In this document: positions 57,658 to 64,000 of the stretch, in pieces
Layout of the letters: the number at the start of each line of letters is the position of its first letter
Numbering within the stretch: position 1 is the stretch's first letter
Sequence record: NZ_CP043850.1
Length of the DNA stretch: 64,000 nt
From: a plasmid
Direction: 5' to 3' (one strand)
Notes under the pieces: generated by a model
Seen by the model: only the letters and a program-made list of their open reading frames with translations
The model's database searches: none
Told to the model about the DNA's origin: nothing
Position numbers and translations under genes: made by a program

Positions 57658-58014
57658 GTGACCACTGTTTTAGATCACCTCCGCGCTGATGACCGCGAGC
57701 ACGTCGGGTACATCGAGATGACCGACGAAGGCCTCTTCATCCCCTACGACCTCCTGCGTCGGCGATGCGGTGAACCCATGGAGTCGACCGAGGCCGAAGA
57801 ACTGCTTGACACCGTCGGTTTGCAGGCGTTGGGCGAACAGTGGCTGCTTCGCACCGAGGGTGACGCATGGGTGCCCGTGGGCATCCAGGAGTTCTCACGA
57901 GAGGCCGTCACAGTGGCGCCGCGGCTCGATGACAGGGCGGTGGCCAAGGCGCCGGATCTCACCGCGACGGTGATGTTGTCGTTGCCGACGGATCGGCTCC
58001 GTTCCGCCGAATGA
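57658..58014 (+). CDS. hypothetical protein (cargo of TIR-flanked module)
   Basis: 118-aa acidic ORF. No recognisable motif. Confidence 0.3.
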   Translation: MTTVLDHLRADDREHVGYIEMTDEGLFIPYDLLRRRCGEPMESTEAEELLDTVGLQALGEQWLLRTEGDAWVPVGIQEFSREAVTVAPRLDDRAVAKAPDLTATVMLSLPTDRLRSAE

Positions 58015-58032
58015 GGCTGGGCGGTTCCCTTC

Positions 58033-58779
58033 TCAGGCGAAGATCTCCCGCAAGGGTGTCCACCCCACGGGAAGCGGCCCGCAGATGGCGGCTCGTTGCC
58101 TGTCTGCCTCATGGGACCAGCCCTGAGCTTGTCCCGGGCTGCCGACCAGACCCCGGGCCAGGCGGAGTCCCACGTCCTCCAGGACGGCGTCCGGGGCGCT
58201 GCCCCGGCGCACTGAGGCGCGCACGCTCCAGGGTTCATCCGCCCAGCCACCCCCGCGCAGACTGCGGTAGTCGCCGTAGCGGGCGGGATCGGCGTAGTCC
58301 CAGCACCATTCCCAGATGTTGCCGAGCATGTCGTGCAGACCGTGCGGGTTGGCTTTCTTCATGCCGACGGGCTGGGGGCCCTCAAGGTGGTCGAGGCTGG
58401 TCCAGGCGATGTCTTCAAGCGGCCCGTAGGTGGGCGAGGTCGTTCCGGCGCGGCAGGCGTACTCCCACTCGGCCTCGGTGGGCAATCGGTACCCGTCAGC
58501 GCTCGTGTTCCAGGTGACGGAGCGTCCGTCCCCAGCATGCGTGTAGGCCGGCTGCAGCTCTTCAGCATTGGATAGCTCGTTGCAGAGGTTGATGGTCTCG
58601 AACCATGTCAGAGGCGTGAGCGGGCGTCCGGTGCTCCGGTCACGGAGGGGGTGCACGGCCATCTCGAAGGGCTCCAGTTCCACATCCCGTGTGGTCCCGC
58701 GACGGGCGTCACGCAGGGTGATTTTTCCCGAAGACAGGGTGGCCATGGAGGGCTGGTTCATGGCGTCAGCGTCGCACAC
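58033..58779 (-). CDS. formylglycine-generating-enzyme (FGE-sulfatase / SUMF1) domain protein
   Basis: 248 aa with conserved FGE-sulfatase domain blocks (YRLPTEAEWEYACRAGT, HDMLGNIWEWCWD, SLRGGGWADEP). Confidence 0.75.
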   Translation of the reverse strand: MCDADAMNQPSMATLSSGKITLRDARRGTTRDVELEPFEMAVHPLRDRSTGRPLTPLTWFETINLCNELSNAEELQPAYTHAGDGRSVTWNTSADGYRLPTEAEWEYACRAGTTSPTYGPLEDIAWTSLDHLEGPQPVGMKKANPHGLHDMLGNIWEWCWDYADPARYGDYRSLRGGGWADEPWSVRASVRRGSAPDAVLEDVGLRLARGLVGSPGQAQGWSHEADRQRAAICGPLPVGWTPLREIFA

Positions 58780-59192
58780 GGGCTGACTGGAGAACCACGA
58801 GCTGCACCCGGACAGGGTTCAACTGTCAATACCTAAGTGGCTCGTGGTCGTATGAAACATATTTGCGCGTTTGTGAAATCTTCGCTGCATCTCGACAGGT
58901 GTCCATGCCAGAACCGGCGCCAGTCTGAGGCGTGATCTCCCGCCCCATCCCTGAGGGAAATGAGGCAGGAAGTCGCGGGATATTTCCCTCTGGAACGGGC
59001 TGGCCTGGAGGTGGTCGCTTGCGTCCGTTCGACTGCGTCGCTCAGCCGCAAGCGTACCCCCCATGTCAAGCGCGTGGAAGGGGGTGGGACCGGATCTGCC
59101 CTGGACGAGGGACATCACGGCGAGGATCGGGCCTTCTGGCTGGTGAGGGGCCCGTGCCCCGCGGTCATCGTCAAGAAGTGGAAGGGCAGAAG

Positions 59193-61355
59193 ATGAGCAC
59201 CTCCGTGCAAGCCCCTGTGGGGCACGTGGAAGTTGACGCCGGCATTCGCCGCCTTGTCCCGCAGCCCCAGCCGATGCGGTACGTGGGGGTGGCCACTGGG
59301 CTGGGAGCGTGCGCGTGCGTGGGGATGGGCATCCTCTCGATGGGCGACCCGTCGGCGGCGTATGGGATCGGTGGAGCTTCGGCCGTGGTCTCGGCCGGAG
59401 CTCTCGTGGCGGGGGAGCGCTCGCGGCAGCGCGCGGAGATCGCGGATCACCTCACCGAACAGGTCTGCCCGGCGATGGCGCTGGGGCGTCCGGCGCGGGC
59501 CGCGGTTCGGCTCTCGAAGTGGTCGGGTGGGTTCGTGGGGCAGCCGGCGAGGGTGCAGCTGATCTATCACGCCTCGGTGGTGCCGGACCTGGAGTGGCTG
59601 GGGAAGGTGGTCCACATCGTGCAGACCAGCCTGGGCGGCCGGTACACCGTGGCCAAGCACCACGAGCGCAAGCACAGGTTGTGGTTGGAGATGGTGCCCG
59701 AGGAGGCCGGTCAGGGGCCCGAGCAGGCGCCGGTGGTGGAGCGGACCACCACGGTGGTTCAGGAGCTGCTGGGGGAGTCCGCGCGGGTGCAGGTCGATCT
59801 GGACGAGGACGGGCAGGCCCAGCGGATCACGGTGCGCCACAACCAGGGCACCAACATGGCCTTCGGGAACAAGCGCCAGAGGGTGGAACGGGTGATGGCC
59901 ACGCGCATCCCGGGGGACTGGGTGCCGAAGTGGGATCTGCAGAACGATGTGGTCGAGTTCGTCACCCGGGTGCCGATGCCTACCCTGGTGCTGCCGCCTA
60001 CGGCGCACTCCCCGCTGGCCACCACCCATGAGGACTACTCGGATTTCCAGATCCCGCTGGGCATCGACGAAGACAACGAGCAGCTGTCCTGGACCCCGCG
60101 GAAACAGCCCCACGCCGTGGTGGTAGGCACGACGGGCTCTGGAAAAACCGTGGTGCAGCACAACGTGGTGCAGCGGGTGACCCAGGCCGGCTGGCGGGTC
60201 TGGATTCTCGACGGCAAGCGCATCGAGTTCATCGGATTCCGGCACTGGCCGAACGTGGAGCGGATCGCCTCCCGCATCGAGCACCAGGTGAAGATGATCT
60301 ACGACGCCCACCAGCTGATGGAGGAGCGGTACGGGCTGATCGAACAGGGCGAAGCCACTGTCGCTGACTTCGAGCCCCTGGTGCTCGTGATCGACGAGGC
60401 CACCACGTTCCTCGAAGGCGCGGACCGCTGGTGGAAGGAGGTCAAGCCCAAGGGCGGCACGGCCAAGGCCCCCTGCCTCGGGTTGATCGCCGACATCGCC
60501 CGCCTGGGCCGCTCAGCGAAGATCCACATGCTCATCGGACTGCAGCGCCCGGACACCGCGTTCATCTCCGGTGAGATGCGCGACAACCTGTCCATGCGCG
60601 TGGCCATGAGCAGGCTCAGCCCCGACGGGGCCAAGATGATGTGGGAGTCCTACGCCATCGGCACCGCCATCCCCCGGCACATCAAGGGCCGGGGTATGGC
60701 GATGAACGCCGCCGGCGTTCCGGTGCAGATCCAGACCATCTACGCCCCCAACCCCGACCCGGGCTCTCCCGACTTCGACCCGGCCAAGACCGCCGCGGTG
60801 CGCCCGCGCACCCTGCTGCACAAGAAGATGCTCGTGGAGATCCTCGAACCGGCCCCGGATCTCGACGATGAGGTCCAGCCGCTGGGGTACTGGGACTACA
60901 TGCAGGCCCGGGTGTACGAGGACCCTGACCAGCCCGAGGTGCAGGGCCCTGCGATTGCTGGGGCTCAGCCGCCGGCCGCCGCCCTGGCGGCGCTGCGCTC
61001 TTTGAACACCGGCCCGGCGGCAGTGTCCGAGCAGCAGGAGGGGGGGTCGAGCTCGCCGGTGATCGCCGAGCGAGCTGCTGCTGCGGTTGATCCCGGGACG
61101 TACCAGGGCGCCGAGGACGACGACTTCGAGGGCTATGGGGAGGAGTCGGTCTGCGCAGCTGGCGAGCTCGAGCCGGGGGACCTGGCCCAGGTCGATCCCG
61201 ACGGCGGGTGGGTGGTGATCACCGAGTACCCCGAGGCCGACGGGGACGACGTCTATCTGGAGTACACCGACCGGTTCACCGGCGAACCGGCGACCTGCAC
61301 CATCTCCGCCCAGGAGATGGTGCCGACCATGCATGTGATGCAGGAGGAGAACTGA
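59193..61355 (+). CDS. FtsK/SpoIIIE-family DNA-translocase-like conjugative transfer ATPase (TraB/TcpA-type coupling protein)
   Basis: About 720 aa from MSTSVQAPVG (RBS GGAAGG). The ORF track extends to 58932, across the TIR. Two N-terminal TM helices. Walker A VVVGTTGSGKTV, Walker B LVLVIDEATTF and an FtsK gamma-less motor core. Confidence 0.8.
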   Translation: MSTSVQAPVGHVEVDAGIRRLVPQPQPMRYVGVATGLGACACVGMGILSMGDPSAAYGIGGASAVVSAGALVAGERSRQRAEIADHLTEQVCPAMALGRPARAAVRLSKWSGGFVGQPARVQLIYHASVVPDLEWLGKVVHIVQTSLGGRYTVAKHHERKHRLWLEMVPEEAGQGPEQAPVVERTTTVVQELLGESARVQVDLDEDGQAQRITVRHNQGTNMAFGNKRQRVERVMATRIPGDWVPKWDLQNDVVEFVTRVPMPTLVLPPTAHSPLATTHEDYSDFQIPLGIDEDNEQLSWTPRKQPHAVVVGTTGSGKTVVQHNVVQRVTQAGWRVWILDGKRIEFIGFRHWPNVERIASRIEHQVKMIYDAHQLMEERYGLIEQGEATVADFEPLVLVIDEATTFLEGADRWWKEVKPKGGTAKAPCLGLIADIARLGRSAKIHMLIGLQRPDTAFISGEMRDNLSMRVAMSRLSPDGAKMMWESYAIGTAIPRHIKGRGMAMNAAGVPVQIQTIYAPNPDPGSPDFDPAKTAAVRPRTLLHKKMLVEILEPAPDLDDEVQPLGYWDYMQARVYEDPDQPEVQGPAIAGAQPPAAALAALRSLNTGPAAVSEQQEGGSSSPVIAERAAAAVDPGTYQGAEDDDFEGYGEESVCAAGELEPGDLAQVDPDGGWVVITEYPEADGDDVYLEYTDRFTGEPATCTISAQEMVPTMHVMQEEN

Positions 61356-61657
61356 TGGCACAGGACAACGGACAGCTGGACCCCGCGGAGACCATGGCGA
61401 TGGTCTTCATGGGCATGCTCATCCTGGGCTCAGGGGCCGGGGCCGCGCTGGCCGCGCGGTTCCTGACCCCCGTGCAGCAGGCACTGCTCGAGTACGGCGT
61501 GCTCGTGCCAGCCGGAGAGGCAGCGTTCCCCCTGGGAGAGACCGGCCTGGGCGTGCCGTTGTGGGTGGCCCTGACCCTGGTGCTGGTGCTGGTGGCAGGC
61601 ATGGGCCTGATGTTCTACGTGTTCGCGCGCAAGCGGGCTGCGCAGGCCCAGCGCTGA
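61355..61657 (+). CDS. small two-TM membrane protein coupled to the FtsK-like gene
   Basis: 100 aa from an ATG overlapping the upstream TGA (CTGATGG at 61352-61358). Two hydrophobic helices. Confidence 0.45.
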   Translation: MAQDNGQLDPAETMAMVFMGMLILGSGAGAALAARFLTPVQQALLEYGVLVPAGEAAFPLGETGLGVPLWVALTLVLVLVAGMGLMFYVFARKRAAQAQR

Positions 61658-61760
61658 GGGCGTCTGCCCCACCTGATGATTCTGATGGCCGCTCGGGACA
61701 TCCCGGGCGGCCATCGGGCTTTCTGCCAGAGGAAGCAGGTCGAGCAGAAGAGGTGGGCAG

Positions 61761-62993
61761 ATGTGCAGGGCGGCGGGATCACCGGGGGCACCGCATGGCA
61801 GGCGGTGCAACCTCTCCCAGCACAAGCGGGACGCTGCGCAGCAGCGGCGTCGGGAGAACCGGGCCATCGCCCAGCAGATCAACCGCTGGGCCAAGGACGC
61901 CGGCCGGGGAGACGAGCTCGCAGCGCTGCAGGCCGCGCGCAAGCCGGTGAACGAGATCAAGGAGTGGGCGGAGGCTGCAGGGGCGCCGACGGCGGTGTAC
62001 GCCCGGGCTGCGGCGCCGGCGAAGAAGGGCTGGGCTGCCCGGGCCGAGAAGGTGGACGCCGCGGCGCAGGCGGTCCCCTCGGCACAACGGCCGCAGCCGC
62101 AGCGACCGGCGCCCATCGCCCGCAAGAAGGACCCGGCCGTCCAGACGCTCTCGCCTGAAGAGCGCGCCGAGGCGGCACGCCGGAGTCTGGAGGCGCAGGA
62201 GCGAGAGGAGCTGACGGGCCAGTTCGGTGCGGAAGAGGCTGAGCGCATCCAGCGGTTGCGTGCTCGGCAGGGCGCAGACGCCCAGGAGCAGCAGCTGCTG
62301 GCCACACACGAGGCGCACGAGAACACCTCCAGCTACCTCGGAGGCGTCAACGACGTGAAGCAGCTGCGGTACAACGACGGCACGATCGGCTACTTCAAGG
62401 GCTACGACGACATCGACTCCAGCACCGCCCTCGCCTACGGGCACAACAGCTCCTACCTGCAGCCCACCCATGAGGTGGCCGCCTCCCAGTTCGCACAAGC
62501 CCTGGGGCCGCGGTACGGGGCGCTGGTGCCGCCGGCCGTGATCGCCGAGTACGACGGGCAGTGGGGGTCGATCTCCTACGGGGTGCCCGGCCAGCCGGTG
62601 CGCACCATGCCCCAGCTGAGCAAGCTCAACGAGCACTCCTCCCAGGCCAGCGACCTCGCCTTCTTCGACTGCCTGATCGGACAAGTCGACCGCCACGGCG
62701 GCAACGTGCTGATGGACCGCCGCGGGATCAGCGCCATCGACCACGGCTTCGCCTTCACCGACGGCGTCGGCGGGGTCAACGCCTCCCTGTTCGTCATGGC
62801 CCGATCAAAGAACAGCGCCGACGCCCGTCTCACCCCGGAGGAGCGCCAGGTCCTGCAGCGGTTCCTGGACTCCGGCGACGGCCTGGGCCTACGCGGAACG
62901 ATCCAGGATGACCGCTTTTTCGAGGTCCGCCGGCGGGCCAAGCTCATGCTGACCAAGGGGAGGGTCTTCGCGCTCGAAGAGCTCTACAGATAA
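61761..62993 (+). CDS. atypical protein-kinase-like protein with a PI3/PI4-kinase-type catalytic loop
   Basis: C-terminal half carries GQVDRHGGNVLMD (compare the PI3K/PI4K GDRHxDN catalytic loop) and SAIDHGFAF (compare the DFG-equivalent HIDFG). N-terminal coiled-coil/low-complexity region. Start uncertain. Confidence 0.4.
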   Translation: MCRAAGSPGAPHGRRCNLSQHKRDAAQQRRRENRAIAQQINRWAKDAGRGDELAALQAARKPVNEIKEWAEAAGAPTAVYARAAAPAKKGWAARAEKVDAAAQAVPSAQRPQPQRPAPIARKKDPAVQTLSPEERAEAARRSLEAQEREELTGQFGAEEAERIQRLRARQGADAQEQQLLATHEAHENTSSYLGGVNDVKQLRYNDGTIGYFKGYDDIDSSTALAYGHNSSYLQPTHEVAASQFAQALGPRYGALVPPAVIAEYDGQWGSISYGVPGQPVRTMPQLSKLNEHSSQASDLAFFDCLIGQVDRHGGNVLMDRRGISAIDHGFAFTDGVGGVNASLFVMARSKNSADARLTPEERQVLQRFLDSGDGLGLRGTIQDDRFFEVRRRAKLMLTKGRVFALEELYR

Positions 62994-63023
62994 GATTAGG
63001 CAAGATCAACATAAGGAGGGGCC

Positions 63024-63278
63024 ATGCCCACCATCACCATCCGCGAGCTAGACGCCCACGGCGACGCGCAAGAGGTCGCCTGGGTTCACATCGACGGCGA
63101 CCAGGTCACCATCAAGGACCCCGAGGGCCACCTTGACACCTCTGTGCCCACCCCCGTCATCGACGACCTCGGCCGCGGCGACCGTCGCCGCGTTCGTTTC
63201 GAGGAGGACCAGAAGCTGTGGGCCTGGAACCTGCCCTACCTGCTGCGCGGGCCCTACCTGCTGGCCACTCGCGCCTGA
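63024..63278 (+). CDS. hypothetical small protein
   Basis: 84 aa with strong RBS AAGGAGGGG 6 bp upstream of the ATG. Confidence 0.45.
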   Translation: MPTITIRELDAHGDAQEVAWVHIDGDQVTIKDPEGHLDTSVPTPVIDDLGRGDRRRVRFEEDQKLWAWNLPYLLRGPYLLATRA

Positions 63279-63336
63279 GCCCTCGGCAAGGAGGGGACGT
63301 GTCGCCAAGATGCGACGCTTGCACCGCTCGCGCCAG

Positions 63337-63358
63337 ACATGTATAGTTGGACATGTCA
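63337..63358. promoter_or_regulatory. promoter/operator motif GACATGTATAGTTGGACATGTC (copy 1)
   Basis: Direct GACATG repeats around an extended -10-like TATAGT, 46 bp upstream of the 63404 gene. A related TGTATGGTTAGACATG box lies upstream of the next gene. Confidence 0.35.
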
Positions 63359-63403
63359 GCGGGGCCCAGCAGGGGCCCTGCACCCCAGTGAAGGGAGCCG
63401 GCC

Positions 63404-63646
63404 ATGCCGCGCAACATCGAAGACCGGATCTACAACCTCACCGCCCCGGATGCCGCCGACATCGAGTGCACCTGCCCGACCTGCGGCGCCGTGGACTACG
63501 TGACCGTCACCGAGGAGGAGGGTGACCGCCTGATCGACGGCGAGCTGATCCAGGATGTCCTGCCCCATCGCTCCATCGTGGAGCGCGAGCGCATCATCTC
63601 CGGCATGTGCCCGACCTGCCAGGACGTGCTGACCCCGGCCGCATGA
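63404..63646 (+). CDS. small zinc-ribbon protein (two CxxC pairs)
   Basis: 80 aa with CTCPTC...CPTC. RBS GAAGGGAG upstream. Confidence 0.45.
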   Translation: MPRNIEDRIYNLTAPDAADIECTCPTCGAVDYVTVTEEEGDRLIDGELIQDVLPHRSIVERERIISGMCPTCQDVLTPAA

Positions 63647-63747
63647 GCCTCACGGGAGGGGGCCGCCGCCCAGCGGCCCTCTCCGCCCGGTTAGACGGAA
63701 CCGAAAAGAGCACCCGTCGAAGACTTGCGCACCCGCATAACAGGTGT

Positions 63748-63765
63748 GTATGGTTAGACATGCCA
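63748..63765. promoter_or_regulatory. promoter/operator motif TGTATGGTTAGACATGCC (copy 2)
   Basis: Shares TGTATRGTTRGACATG with 63341-63356. 56 bp upstream of the HicA-like gene. Confidence 0.3.
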
Positions 63766-63820
63766 AAGGAACCCGGGCGGGAACCGGCGGCACCGACAAC
63801 CGAACAGAGAACGGAGCCGC

Positions 63821-64000
63821 ATGGCGAACAAGGAACTCAAGAAGCTCCTGAAGTCACTCGAAGCCCAAGGCTGGCGAGTGGAACGCCGGAAGAAGGGCTG
63901 GATGGCCTACCCGCCAGACACCGATCAGACGATGGTGACCATCCACGAAACGCTCTCCGACCACCGCTCCTGGAAGAACCAAATGGCCCAGCTGAAACGG
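63821..64000 (+). CDS. YcfA/HicA-like small protein (partial, runs off window end)
   Basis: MANKELKKLLKSLEAQGWRVERRKKGWMAYPPDTDQTMVTIHE... resembles the HicA-family N-terminus (xELIKLLEKxGWxxVRxKGSHHxF). No stop within the window. Confidence 0.4.
   Translation, partial: MANKELKKLLKSLEAQGWRVERRKKGWMAYPPDTDQTMVTIHETLSDHRSWKNQMAQLKR

Larger units (their letters stand above)
57505..58897. mobile_element. 1.39-kb module flanked by terminal inverted repeats and lacking a transposase (candidate non-autonomous transposable element carrying an FGE-domain gene)
   Basis: Left end TGTCGAGATGCAGCAAAGACTGCACGCGACTCG... (about 70% identical to 18494-18560). Right end rc TGTCGAGATGCAGCGAAGATTTCACAAACGCGCAAATATGTTTCATACG (matches the 40591-40714 copies). 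The termini share the first ~25 nt in inverted orientation. Flanking GGT on both sides (57502-57504 and 58898-58900) may be a 3-bp TSD. Confidence 0.4.

Overview
High-GC (~68-70%) actinobacterial replicon segment with plasmid hallmarks and a mosaic of mobile elements. From left to right it contains the following blocks. (1) A tad/Flp-pilus assembly operon on the minus strand (TadC, TadB, CpaF-type ATPase, TadZ/CpaE-like, CpaB-like). (2) A plasmid maintenance block: a ParA ATPase plus a small partner protein, a strong convergent terminator hairpin, and a RepA-like initiator gene whose 5' end sits in four iteron-like direct repeats. (3) A Gram-positive/actinobacterial-type conjugative T4SS operon (VirB4-like ATPase, VirB6-like polytopic membrane protein, M23+NlpC/P60-like cell-wall hydrolase, small membrane proteins), translationally coupled by ATGA/GTGA overlaps. 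(4) A roughly 22-kb accessory block spanning about 18.5-40.7 kb. It carries two identical, directly repeated IS21-family elements (copy 1 with a nonsense mutation in istB) that bracket an aquaporin (5' end replaced by IS sequence) and a non-haem haloperoxidase-like hydrolase. It also carries an IS256-family element with an intact 8-bp target duplication inside a small membrane-protein gene, an unknown two-gene operon, and a serine resolvase. It further carries a low-GC (about 45%) OLD-family ATPase/Toprim nuclease gene, an MmeI-family Type IIL restriction-modification gene, a secreted DUF1524/HNH nuclease, a SAM methyltransferase, two GNAT acetyltransferases and a P-loop kinase. (5) A metal block: a CDF transporter with an ArsR/SmtB regulator, a LysR fragment disrupted by an IS3-family element (OrfA/OrfB with A-run frameshift), tRNA-Cys(GCA), then a roughly 12-kb copper-resistance island. 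The island holds two CsoR repressors, a CopB-like and a CopA P1B-ATPase, CopZ, a YHS-domain gene, a DUF1541/YdhK-type lipoprotein, and a ferredoxin/MFS/FAD-reductase set. Four CsoR-type TACCCC-N3-GGGGTA operators are present, one in front of an unannotated 42-aa lipoprotein ORF. (6) A 1.39-kb module with no transposase, flanked by about 50-bp terminal inverted repeats, that carries an FGE-sulfatase-domain gene. (7) An FtsK/SpoIIIE-type transfer ATPase, a PI3/4-kinase-like atypical kinase, and small genes including a HicA-like partial ORF. The most unusual signal is a family of terminal-inverted-repeat sequences with a shared ~25-bp terminus (consensus TGTCGAGATGCAGCGAAGATTTCAC) and distinct left-type and right-type subterminal parts. 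These recur at the borders of the accessory modules (18.49, 38.24, 40.59-40.80, 57.5 and 58.9 kb) and bracket cargo without any transposase. No CRISPR array or rRNA was seen; one tRNA was found.
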